A stretch of DNA of 41,878 bases, taken from Parcubacteria group bacterium (GTDB lineage: Bacteria; Patescibacteriota; Minisyncoccia; Minisyncoccales; JAQTPW01). The stretch is taken from the NCBI GenBank assembly GCA_043813215.1, contig JBDRLH010000018.1, positions 1-41,878 of the forward strand, written 5' to 3'. A program made the position numbers and the translations under genes. Positions within the stretch are counted from its first letter, which is position 1. Every line of letters starts with the position of its first letter. Below, in pieces: positions 1 to 7,601 of the stretch. The notes under the pieces are model-generated. The model had not been told where the DNA came from, searched no databases, and saw only the letters and a list, made by a program, of their open reading frames with translations.

Positions 1-106
1 GAAAGTCGCCATTTATGGCTAATACGTAAAGTCATAAATGGGCGGTCGACACGACAGAGTTATAAAAAATTATCAATTAAATTAAACTTACAATTTAAAA
101 CACAAA

Positions 107-3100
107 ATGAGTAAATTAACGAAAAAATTTGTAGCTATCGCTACTGCTCTGACAGTTTCAGTTATGCTTGTTGGGCCCGGTACTGCACAAGGCGCGACAA
201 TTGAAGAATTGAACGCCTTAATTGCCAGCTTATCAGCTCAATTGGCATCTCTGACAGCTCAATTAGCTGCCCTTCAGGGCGGAGGAACGGGTACGGTTTC
301 AGGTTGCACGATTACATCCTTTGACAGAGATTTATCTCAAGGGATGGAGGGCGCTGACGTCAAATGTCTTCAGATTATTCTGAACTCTGATGTTGACACC
401 CGATTAGCAGCCAGCGGAGTCGGCTCTTCCGGTAGCGAAACAACTTACTTCGGCCCTTTAACAAAAGCAGCCGTAGTTAAGCTTCAGAATAAAAACGCCG
501 CCACTATTTTAACCCCGATCGGGTTAACAGCTGGCACAGGATATGTCGGTCCGGCCACCAGGCCAGTATTGAATTCAATGATTGGCACCGGCGGAACAGT
601 TCCGGGCCCGGTCCCGACATCAAATACCGTCAGCTTATCAACTGACACTCCAGGTGCGAGTGCGGTTGCCGCTGGCGCGCAAGACGTTCCATTCACGAAC
701 GTTACATTCACCGCAGGCTCGCAAGCCTACACAGTCACTGCCATCGCGGTTTTAAGAGGAGGCATTTCTCTTAACTCCAATATAACCAATGTAAAATTGT
801 ATGATGGGGCCGTTCAAGTTGGCTCGACTCAAGCTTTAAACAGCGTGACCAATAAAGCCACTTTCAGCAATTTGAATTGGATAATTCCCGCCTATACTGC
901 CAAGACTTTGATTATAAAAGGCAGCATTGCTTCGGGAGCCGGCGCAGGCAACTCCATTGTTTTGGGGATAGCGGCCGCGACTGATATTACAGCTTCAGCC
1001 GCTTTTTCAGCAACTTTCCCAATCAATGGCAATGCCAGAACAGTCGCCACTCAAGCGGTTGGTAGCACGACCGTTGATGTCTTGACCACTCCTGCTGATT
1101 CTCTTCCCAATTCAGGAAGCGTTGAACAGCATGTGGCCACAGTCAGATTAACTACCAGCGCCACCGAAGGCTTCAATATTAATTCCCTAAAGATTACCAA
1201 CGTGGGGACAGCCGGTAATGCGGATATTTCCAATATCAAGATAAAGTATGGCGCTACCTTATTGGGTACAGTAGCCAGTTTAACCAATGGCGCAGCCACC
1301 TTTACTGGAAACCCCTTGATTAACGTTCCGATCAATACTTCTAAACAATTGGACGTTTATGTTGATATTGCCGCAGGAATCAACACTGGCAGGACAATCA
1401 GGTTTGAGGTAACTCAAGCTTTAGATGTTGTGGCCATCGGACAGAATTCCGGAGGCCAGATAACTGTTTTACCTGCCGCTACTTTCCCTGAACAGGCAGC
1501 AGCCCAGACTATTTCTCAAGGCGCTTTGACCATAGCTTTAGACGCCGCGACCAATCCTTCAGCACAGACTTATGTCATCGGAACTAACAACAGGGCATTT
1601 AATGCGATTAAGTTCAGCGCAGGTGCCACCGAAGGCGTCAGAGTAACGCAAATTACTTTGACCTTGGGCGGAACCGCTTCAGCCAGCGACATTTCCAATG
1701 TTGCTCTTTATGACGGCGCTACTTTAATTGCCGGACCTTCCGGAATTTCCGGAAGCACGGTCCAATTCGGCGTCAATACGGTCAATGCTTTCGATGCCAC
1801 GGGTTTATTTGATATAGCTCGCAGCACAAACAAAGTCATTACCGTCAAAGCCGACATCTCTTCAGGCGCTTCATCTAGTGCCGCAGGCACATTAAGCCTT
1901 ACAGCTGCCAACACAAAAGCTGATGGCTTAACATCGCAAAATGATGTTCCAACTGCCAGCATAACTGGCTCAGCCACAGGAAACTCAATGACTATCGGCG
2001 CCTACGGTTCATTAGCCGTCGCTCTTGATCCTTCATCTCCGGCAGCTCAGACAGTTGCCAAGGGAGGATCAACCGAAGTAGTTTTAGCCAGATATTCTCT
2101 GTCAGCCGGTACAGGTGAAGACATCGCTGTCTCAACTCTTATTATCCGATTGTATAGAGATACAGCTAACGCTTCCACTTCTTCTTCCGGAGATGTCACT
2201 AATGTCAGCATTTGGGATGATACGACCCAATTGGGCACAACTGTAGCAGCCCCAGCCGGGAGCGCTACATTCAATGCCAATCTGATCGTTCCAGCCGGAA
2301 CTAAAAAGATTGTCACCGTAAAAGCCATTATTCCTTCAGGATCTGTCGCCGGTGCCATGGTCGCTGATTTAGAGGCCGGCACAGCAGGCGATATAGTTTC
2401 TTCAGGCGTTAATTCTCTGGCTTCTCTTACTGAAACCGGAGATGCTGCAGGAAACTTAATGACTATCGGCACTCCTACTTTAGCTGTCAATACAGCTTCA
2501 GTGCCTATTGCTTCTTCAAAGGTAGTCAATACTCCTGGAGTGACCATAACCACCCTTCTTTTGACAGCCGGTACTGCCGAAGGGGTTACCGTTAATTCGA
2601 TTAGAGTTTCCTTTGACGATGCCGCCACCTTAGATGGCGCAAGCGCTGCTAATAGCAGGCTTTCCAACGTCAAATTGATGGATGGGGTAACTCAAGTTGG
2701 CACGACTATGCAAATTACCGATGGTACTCCTGATTACTCGCAATGGACAGGATTAAGTCTGCCTATTTTGGCCGGTCAGCAAAAAGCCCTTTCAGTTGTC
2801 GTTGATGTAGGTAGCGCAACCGATACTTTCTATTGCGGCGCAGCCACTACCGGTTCAGTAACCGGAGCTGGCACGGTTTCCGGAACTTCAGTTACTTCCA
2901 CGGGTGAACTAAAGGTAGGTACACTTTTGACCATTACTACCGGAGGCACTCTCACTATCGCTGTTTCGGCTGATACTCCTGTTGCCGCAAACATTAAGGT
3001 TGGCGCAACCGAAGGAGCGTCGAATGTTTCCTACTCCAAGATTAAATTCTCAGGAGGCACGGAAAACGTTAAAATCAGCAGATTAGCAGTAACCAGATCA

Positions 3101-3934
3101 GGAGGCTCAGACAACAACTTTGGAGCGATTAAATTGTACACCGGAACTGATACTTTAGTCGGTACGACTTATCTCGCTTCGGGTGTAGCAACATTTAACT
3201 TCAACCCAGGTTCAGAACTTATCGTTCCTGCGGCTGGAGATTTGTATGTTACCGTCAAAGCTGATGTCATGGGTATGTCAACCGGAGCAACTGATGCAAC
3301 TTCTTCAACATTCTATCTTGCCAGCGCAACTACCAGCGTAGATTCTATAGGTGTCAGCTCTCAGACAGCCATTACTGAAAGCACCACTACTCCAGACGTG
3401 GCCGCAGCCAGCAACTTCGGCGCAATGGCTTTATACAAGACCACTGCTTCTGTATCTCTCGCAGGTCCTACGGCTGGCGGTTCAGTTGCCGCTGCTCTCC
3501 AGGAAGTATTGAGAGTTGCCATTACTAATAACGGCCTCTATGATTTGACCGTTACCAAGGTTAACGTAACTCCTTACTTTACCGGAACAGTCGGCACGAC
3601 AACAGTTGATGCGACTAGAGTAGCTTTGTATTGGAGCACTGATTTAGCCACGGCAATTACCAGCACGACCAGTGCTGCCACAATCACGCCGATGCTGCAA
3701 AACGGCACAGCTCTTCTTTTACAACCGATAAGCAACAATACGGTTGCTGCCGGAACAACGAAGACTTTAGTCGTCAAAGCATACACGATTGGTATGGGAG
3801 ACAGCACGACTGTAGACAGTTTCCACATGGATTTAGCAGCCGTTGCCGACTTTGGATGGACTCCAGCAGGCGGTGCACAGGTTATAACCCTGACGCCCGG
3901 AATGCCTATTCAAGGTCCGACCTTGCAGTACTAA
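107..3934 (+). CDS. Giant secreted cell-surface (S-layer-like) protein, 1275 aa
   Basis: Uninterrupted 3828-nt ORF. N-terminal signal peptide MSKLTKKFVAIATALTVSVMLVGPGTAQGA. A/L/Q coiled coil at aa 31-57 and a PG_binding_1-like domain at aa ~67-158. The rest is Thr/Ala/Ser/Gly/Val-rich with seven recurring module signatures. A strong intrinsic terminator follows. Function is inferred from architecture and composition only. Confidence 0.8.
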   Translation: MSKLTKKFVAIATALTVSVMLVGPGTAQGATIEELNALIASLSAQLASLTAQLAALQGGGTGTVSGCTITSFDRDLSQGMEGADVKCLQIILNSDVDTRLAASGVGSSGSETTYFGPLTKAAVVKLQNKNAATILTPIGLTAGTGYVGPATRPVLNSMIGTGGTVPGPVPTSNTVSLSTDTPGASAVAAGAQDVPFTNVTFTAGSQAYTVTAIAVLRGGISLNSNITNVKLYDGAVQVGSTQALNSVTNKATFSNLNWIIPAYTAKTLIIKGSIASGAGAGNSIVLGIAAATDITASAAFSATFPINGNARTVATQAVGSTTVDVLTTPADSLPNSGSVEQHVATVRLTTSATEGFNINSLKITNVGTAGNADISNIKIKYGATLLGTVASLTNGAATFTGNPLINVPINTSKQLDVYVDIAAGINTGRTIRFEVTQALDVVAIGQNSGGQITVLPAATFPEQAAAQTISQGALTIALDAATNPSAQTYVIGTNNRAFNAIKFSAGATEGVRVTQITLTLGGTASASDISNVALYDGATLIAGPSGISGSTVQFGVNTVNAFDATGLFDIARSTNKVITVKADISSGASSSAAGTLSLTAANTKADGLTSQNDVPTASITGSATGNSMTIGAYGSLAVALDPSSPAAQTVAKGGSTEVVLARYSLSAGTGEDIAVSTLIIRLYRDTANASTSSSGDVTNVSIWDDTTQLGTTVAAPAGSATFNANLIVPAGTKKIVTVKAIIPSGSVAGAMVADLEAGTAGDIVSSGVNSLASLTETGDAAGNLMTIGTPTLAVNTASVPIASSKVVNTPGVTITTLLLTAGTAEGVTVNSIRVSFDDAATLDGASAANSRLSNVKLMDGVTQVGTTMQITDGTPDYSQWTGLSLPILAGQQKALSVVVDVGSATDTFYCGAATTGSVTGAGTVSGTSVTSTGELKVGTLLTITTGGTLTIAVSADTPVAANIKVGATEGASNVSYSKIKFSGGTENVKISRLAVTRSGGSDNNFGAIKLYTGTDTLVGTTYLASGVATFNFNPGSELIVPAAGDLYVTVKADVMGMSTGATDATSSTFYLASATTSVDSIGVSSQTAITESTTTPDVAAASNFGAMALYKTTASVSLAGPTAGGSVAAALQEVLRVAITNNGLYDLTVTKVNVTPYFTGTVGTTTVDATRVALYWSTDLATAITSTTSAATITPMLQNGTALLLQPISNNTVAAGTTKTLVVKAYTIGMGDSTTVDSFHMDLAAVADFGWTPAGGAQVITLTPGMPIQGPTLQY
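197..580 (+). other. Coiled-coil + PG_binding_1-like wall-anchor cassette (N-terminal copy, in the surface protein)
   Basis: IEELNALIASLSAQLASLTAQLAALQ is followed by C-x3-F-x-RDL-x5-G-x-DVKCLQ...YFGPLTKAAVVKLQ...LTPIGLTAGTGYVGPATR. This matches the PG_binding_1 pattern (G..V..LQ..L ... fG..T..AV..fQ). It aligns residue-for-residue with the C-terminus of the next gene. Confidence 0.6.
629..3931 (+). repeat. Seven tandem, highly diverged ~150-aa protein modules (period ~450-500 nt) inside the surface-protein gene
   Basis: Three strand-like motifs recur in fixed order with a 148-168 aa period. (a) [AT]-x-E/D-[GDN]-[VIF]-x-[VI]-x-x-[IL], starting near aa 190, 352, 507, 669, 823, 984, 1131. (b) [IV]-[ST]-N-[VI]-x-[LI]-[YWM]-D-G...[LV]G, near aa 226, 374, 529, 697, 852, 1005, 1169. 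(c) K-x-[LIV]-x-V-K-A-x-[IV]-x-x-G, near aa 266, 413, 576, 733, 893, 1045, 1219. The repeat is visible at protein level only; no long nucleotide repeat is seen. Confidence 0.65.
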
Positions 3935-4000
3935 ACTTAGTCTTCCTTGTGGCCCTGATTGCCTCCTCGGCATGATGGGTTAGGCTAAGTAAAAGTAAAC

Positions 4001-4038
4001 AAAAGTCCCTCGGGTTTTACCCGAGGGCTTTTGTTTTT
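4001..4038 (+). terminator. Rho-independent terminator of the surface-protein gene
   Basis: GC-rich stem CCCTCGGG (4007-4014) / CCCGAGGG (4020-4027) with a TTTTA loop, followed by CTTTTGTTTTT (4028-4038) and preceded by an A-run. Confidence 0.8.
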
Positions 4039-4055
4039 GCAGAGTTTTTTTATTT

Positions 4056-4075
4056 TGATATAATGTTTTCAGGTG
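4056..4075 (+). promoter_or_regulatory. Possible extended -10 (TGaTATAAT, 4056-4064) and AGGTG ribosome-binding site (4071-4075) for the protease gene
   Basis: Exact TATAAT at 4059-4064 with TG at 4056-4057. AGGTG sits 6 nt upstream of ATG 4082. The -10 to RBS distance is very short, and AT-rich DNA produces such motifs by chance. Confidence 0.3.
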
Positions 4076-4081
4076 CATATT

Positions 4082-5806
4082 ATGAAAAAAATGATTTCTA
4101 CAAAACAAAAAATATTTTTTATCCTTGTTTTATTTTTTCTGTCGCCCGTTATGGCAAACGCCCAAACCCCGGGGGCAGAAGTTGTTTTTAATATTGAGCC
4201 TTCTTACGATTACGCCGGCAGGCAGGAAGTGGCCGCATTTTTGCAGCAGTCAGGAAGCAACGCTTATTTTTACGTTGAAAGCAATTATTATAAAAATTTA
4301 AGCTCTGATGACAAGGCAAAATTTTCAGAGGCGATTAATAATTTATCTCAGGAGTTTGACAATGTAATTTATCCCAGGTTAAGGGAATTCTATGGTTCGG
4401 AATGGAAGCCGGGGATAGACGGAGATAATAAAATCACGGTTTTGCTTTTTAATATGAAAAATGATGCGGCCGGTTATTTCAATGCTGCAGACGAATACCC
4501 AAAAATCCAGTTTCCCAATTCCAATGAAAGAGAAATGGTTTATTTGAACGCAAGCCAGGCTACCAGCTCTTTGGGAAAGGGTTATTTGGCGCATGAGTTT
4601 GTTCATCTGATAACTTTTTATCAAAAAGATAAAATTAACAGAGTGACGGAAGAAACGTGGTTAAATGAAGCAAGAGCCGAATATGCGCCAACCCTACTGG
4701 GCTATAATGACACCTATGGGGGGAGCATTTTACAAAAGAGAGTGAGTGTTTTTTTGGAAAATCCGGCAGACTCTTTAACTGCCTGGCAGAATAAAAAAGC
4801 CGATTACGGAGTGATAAATCTGTTTGCGTTGTATTTGGTTGATCATTATGGGAAAAATATTCTTTCAGATTCTCTTAAATCGGGCTTGGTAGGCATTCCG
4901 TCCGTCAATGACGCGTTAAAAAGAAGCGGTTTTGCGGATGATTTCAGCGTGATTTTCACCCGCTGGACAATGGCCGTTTTAGTTAATGATTGTTCCTATG
5001 GAGATAATTACTGTTATTTTAATCAGAATCTGAAGAATTTTCGGATGGCCCCTAATATCAATTTTTTACCCTTATCGGGAGAAAGCTCGCTTTCTGTCAA
5101 TAATGCCACTTATAATTGGGCCGGCAACTGGTACAAGATTATCGGCGGCGGCAAAGGAACCCTGACTTTGGATTTTTCCGGCGACGGCAGTGTTTCTTTT
5201 AAGATTCCTTATTTCCTTTGCAATAAAGCGGAAAAATGCCAGATTAATTCTATAATTTTGGATGGATCGCAAAAAGGAAAGATTGTTCTGACTAATTTCA
5301 GCTCAGAATACAACTCTTTGACTTTTATGCCTTCTATCCAAAGTAAATTTTCCGGCTTTGACGGGTTTGAGCCGACTTACGTTTTTTCCTGGAAAATTTC
5401 GGTTTCTGAAAATCCTCAGGAACAAACCGATGCTCAAGTTCTTAATCTTTTGGCGCAAATAGATGTCTTGAGAAAGCAAATTGCCGACCTTCAGGCGCAG
5501 TTGGCAAGCATACTGGGGGATCAGAGCCAAAATTTAACCTGCGAAAAATTTGAAAAAGATCTTTATTTTAGTATGACAAACAGCCAGGATGTAAGATGTC
5601 TCCAAGCTTTTTTAAAGTCCCAAGGAGCAGCTATTTATCCCGAGGGCTTGGTTACCGGCAACTTCTTTTCTTTGACGCAGGCAGCAGTCATCCGTTTTCA
5701 GGAAAAATATGCTTCAGAAATTTTAATCCCCCTGGGCCTACAAAGAGGAACCGGATTTATGGGATCTGCCACCCGTCAAAAAATTAACAATCTTTTATTA
5801 AAATAA
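4082..5806 (+). CDS. Secreted zinc metalloprotease, gluzincin (peptidase MA / M1-like motif), with C-terminal coiled-coil + PG-binding anchor
   Basis: ORF track starts at GTG 4073; ATG 4082 behind AGGTG is preferred. Signal peptide MKKMISTKQKIFFILVLFFLSPVMANA. HEFVH at nt 4592-4606, then WLNEARAEY with the third-ligand Glu at nt 4667-4669 (HExxH-x20-E). This resembles the WLNEGFA motif of M1/Peptidase_MA_2 enzymes. Confidence 0.7.
   Translation: MKKMISTKQKIFFILVLFFLSPVMANAQTPGAEVVFNIEPSYDYAGRQEVAAFLQQSGSNAYFYVESNYYKNLSSDDKAKFSEAINNLSQEFDNVIYPRLREFYGSEWKPGIDGDNKITVLLFNMKNDAAGYFNAADEYPKIQFPNSNEREMVYLNASQATSSLGKGYLAHEFVHLITFYQKDKINRVTEETWLNEARAEYAPTLLGYNDTYGGSILQKRVSVFLENPADSLTAWQNKKADYGVINLFALYLVDHYGKNILSDSLKSGLVGIPSVNDALKRSGFADDFSVIFTRWTMAVLVNDCSYGDNYCYFNQNLKNFRMAPNINFLPLSGESSLSVNNATYNWAGNWYKIIGGGKGTLTLDFSGDGSVSFKIPYFLCNKAEKCQINSIILDGSQKGKIVLTNFSSEYNSLTFMPSIQSKFSGFDGFEPTYVFSWKISVSENPQEQTDAQVLNLLAQIDVLRKQIADLQAQLASILGDQSQNLTCEKFEKDLYFSMTNSQDVRCLQAFLKSQGAAIYPEGLVTGNFFSLTQAAVIRFQEKYASEILIPLGLQRGTGFMGSATRQKINNLLLK
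5429..5797 (+). other. Coiled-coil + PG_binding_1-like wall-anchor cassette (C-terminal copy, in the protease)
   Basis: DAQVLNLLAQIDVLRKQIADLQAQLASILG is followed by C-x3-F-x-KDL...DVRCLQAFL...FFSLTQAAVIRFQ...LIPLGLQRGTGFMGSATR. This is colinear with aa 31-158 of the surface protein, including the Cys pair (C67/C87 versus C490/C509). Confidence 0.6.
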
Positions 5807-5826
5807 GTTATGGTATTTTTTGTGAC

Positions 5827-5858
5827 AATCCTGACACAAAAGCCAGGATTTTTTGTTT
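5827..5858 (+). terminator. Probable intrinsic terminator after the protease gene
   Basis: Stem AATCCTG (5827-5833) / CAGGATT (5844-5850) with a 10-nt loop, followed by TTTTGTTT. The stem is short and the loop long, so this is only moderate. Confidence 0.45.
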
Positions 5859-5890
5859 GACCCAGGTTTATTTCAGCTATAGTTATCCAC

Positions 5891-5929
5891 CTTGACACCA
5901 CTTGACACCTTTTGATGATTTGATAGACT
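5891..5929 (+). promoter_or_regulatory. Tandem CTTGACACC repeat carrying two TTGACA -35 boxes, with a candidate -10 TAGACT
   Basis: CTTGACACCA (5891-5900) is immediately repeated as CTTGACACCT (5901-5910). TTGACA at 5902-5907 lies 16 nt upstream of TAGACT (5924-5929). The site is upstream of the HTH gene and the glycan cluster. Confidence 0.35.
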
Positions 5930-6004
5930 AAAATCAGAAAGAATAGCTACAAATTTTTTCGTTAAATAATTAAAAACGGGGCATAAGCCTTGTTTCTATC
6001 CAAT

Positions 6005-6250
6005 ATGCCAGAAATTAAGCCAAACGAAATTTATACAACCAAAGAAACCCAGGATTTTTTGAAAGTAAGCACGAGCACTATTAAACGTCTGTTAAAAAGC
6101 GGCATAATCAAGGCTTACAAGGTCGGAGGGACTTACCGAATTTGGGGTAGCGACATTTTGATATTAATTTCTCCGAAGATCGAGTCAAAGGTCTACAAAA
6201 TTTATGATAAACTTAGGTCAAAAACCAGAAAAACCATTGAAAAATGGTAA
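6005..6250 (+). CDS. Small excisionase/MerR-superfamily helix-turn-helix DNA-binding protein (HTH_17-like)
   Basis: IYTTKETQDFLKVSTSTIKRLLKSGIIKAYKVGGTYRIWGSDI matches the excisionase-type HTH pattern (helix-turn-helix, then K-x-G-x-x-x-R-I wing). The start could also be TTG 5990. Confidence 0.55.
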   Translation: MPEIKPNEIYTTKETQDFLKVSTSTIKRLLKSGIIKAYKVGGTYRIWGSDILILISPKIESKVYKIYDKLRSKTRKTIEKW

Positions 6251-6347
6251 TTTTTTGTTAAATATTTTTTGGATATTTTGTCCTTGTGGCGAAGCACCCA
6301 CCAGATAATTTTTTCACTCATTCCATAAAAGGATTCGTTCAAAAATT

Positions 6348-6836
6348 ATGAAAAGAAAAAATAAAAAAATTATTGTTGCTACGAGCGGCGGGTTTGACCC
6401 CGTCCATATCGGGCACACAAGATTATTCCAGGAAGCCAAATCCCTTGGCGACGAATTGGTGGTTATTTTGAATAATGACAATTGGCTAAAACAAAAGAAA
6501 GGCTTCGTGTTTATGTCGGAAAAAGAGCGGAAAGAAATTATAGAGGCATTCAAACCCGTTGATAGAGTCATCGTCACTAGGCATTACTCAAACACTAAAG
6601 ACATGAGCATATGCGCCGAATTGGCCGATTTAAAGCCGAACATTTTCGCTAAAGGCGGCGACAGGGACAAAAAGGACGCCGACAACAAATCTTCTTCTCT
6701 CAATCCGGAGCAGGCGCTATGCCAAAGATTAGGCATTAAAATAGTTTTTAACGTCGGACGGGGCGGAAAAATTCAATCAAGCTCTTGGTTGACAAAGAGA
6801 TTTCCCGAATCAATAAAGCGATTTTTTGAAATATGA
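6348..6836 (+). CDS. HIGH-motif nucleotidyltransferase (cytidylyl/adenylyltransferase-like; TagD / RfaE domain II family)
   Basis: ATSGGFDPVHIGHTRLFQEAKSLGDELVVIL carries the literal HIGH signature and the G-x-FD-x-x-H-x-GH pattern of the CTP_transf_like family. Length is 162 aa. Substrate is unknown. Confidence 0.6.
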   Translation: MKRKNKKIIVATSGGFDPVHIGHTRLFQEAKSLGDELVVILNNDNWLKQKKGFVFMSEKERKEIIEAFKPVDRVIVTRHYSNTKDMSICAELADLKPNIFAKGGDRDKKDADNKSSSLNPEQALCQRLGIKIVFNVGRGGKIQSSSWLTKRFPESIKRFFEI

Positions 6837-7600
6837 TCGTATCAAAAAATGAATCCGTCGGCATACTGGGTTTTGGTGAAATAGGCCAAGCCATGGCGGA
6901 ATTTTATGATTCGGCCGATGCACCACGGATAAAAATTAAGGATTTAAACAGAGATGACGACTTAAGGGACGTAAAAATTCTTCATGTTTGTATTCCTTGG
7001 AGCGAAAAATTCGTGCAGATAGTGAAAAATGAAATTAAAAAAGCAAAACCGGCTTTGACAATTATACATTCCACTGTGGCGCCTGGGACAACCCTTCGGC
7101 TCGCTCAGGGCAAGCAAAAAACAATGGTGGTTCATAGTCCAGTAAGAGGGGTTCACCCGCATCTTTTTGAGGGGATTAAAACTTTTGTAAAATATATCGG
7201 CACCGATAATAAAGAGGCGGGAAAATTAGCCCAAAAGCATTTAGAAAATTTAGGCATTAAAACAAAGGTTTTTATGCCGGCCGCCACCACTGAAATTGGA
7301 AAACTCCTGGATACCGCCTATTACGGACTTTGCATCGCCTGGCACGGAGAAATGAAGAAAATTTGCGATAAATTAGGGATAAATTTTGAAGAAGCAGCTT
7401 CTGATTTTAATCAGACCTATAACGAGGGATACAAAAAATTAAGAAAAACCAACGTTCTGCGTCCAGTTTTATATCCGCCAGAAAACGGCATCGGCGGCCA
7501 TTGCGTGATATCTAATGCTGGGATTCTTAAAAAATATTTTAAAAGCGAAGCCTTGAATTTGATTTTAAAATATAAACCCAAAAATAAATCTAGGAGATAA
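6833..7600 (+). CDS. Short NAD-binding dehydrogenase related to the UDP-glucose/GDP-mannose/UDP-ManNAc dehydrogenase family
   Basis: ATGA start/stop overlap with the upstream gene. Rossmann motif GFGEIG near the N-terminus. GIGGHCV resembles the catalytic-Cys GGHC motif of WecC/Cap5O-type sugar dehydrogenases. At 255 aa it has no room for the usual C-terminal domain. Confidence 0.4.
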   Translation: MIVSKNESVGILGFGEIGQAMAEFYDSADAPRIKIKDLNRDDDLRDVKILHVCIPWSEKFVQIVKNEIKKAKPALTIIHSTVAPGTTLRLAQGKQKTMVVHSPVRGVHPHLFEGIKTFVKYIGTDNKEAGKLAQKHLENLGIKTKVFMPAATTEIGKLLDTAYYGLCIAWHGEMKKICDKLGINFEEAASDFNQTYNEGYKKLRKTNVLRPVLYPPENGIGGHCVISNAGILKKYFKSEALNLILKYKPKNKSRR

Positions 7601-7601
7601 T

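Noticed and set aside
1-50. Hairpin at the window start: CCATTTATG (9-17) pairing with CATAAATGG (33-41), extendable with a bulge.
   Set aside because: It is not followed by a T-tract, and its context (the upstream gene) lies outside the window. It could be an upstream terminator remnant or chance. It cannot be interpreted from this window.
484-3828. Several antisense ORFs inside the surface-protein gene (484-711, 1051-1335, 1708-1977, 2047-2673 at 208 aa, 3574-3828).
   Set aside because: They lie opposite a strongly supported 1275-aa gene in the only GC-rich part of the window, where stop codons are scarce on the reverse strand. Their translations are low-complexity mirror images with no start context or motifs. 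They are shadow ORFs.
5596-5787. Small same-strand or alternative-frame ORFs nested in larger genes (5596-5787, 8017-8229, 8799-9002, 11044-11229, 24649-24864, 37985-38191).
   Set aside because: Each lies wholly inside a gene with strong family motifs in another frame. None has a recognisable motif or translation signals.
5990-6250. Excisionase-type HTH gene as the marker of a prophage or integrative element carrying the glycan cluster.
   Set aside because: No integrase, recombinase, transposase, tRNA target or flanking direct repeats were seen in the window. The gene alone is insufficient. It is retained as a possible regulator.
3945-6290. Shared 10-mer TCCTTGTGGC in two intergenic regions (3945-3954 and 6281-6290).
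   Set aside because: Exact 10-mer coincidences are expected by chance many times in about 42 kb. The match does not extend beyond the 10-mer.
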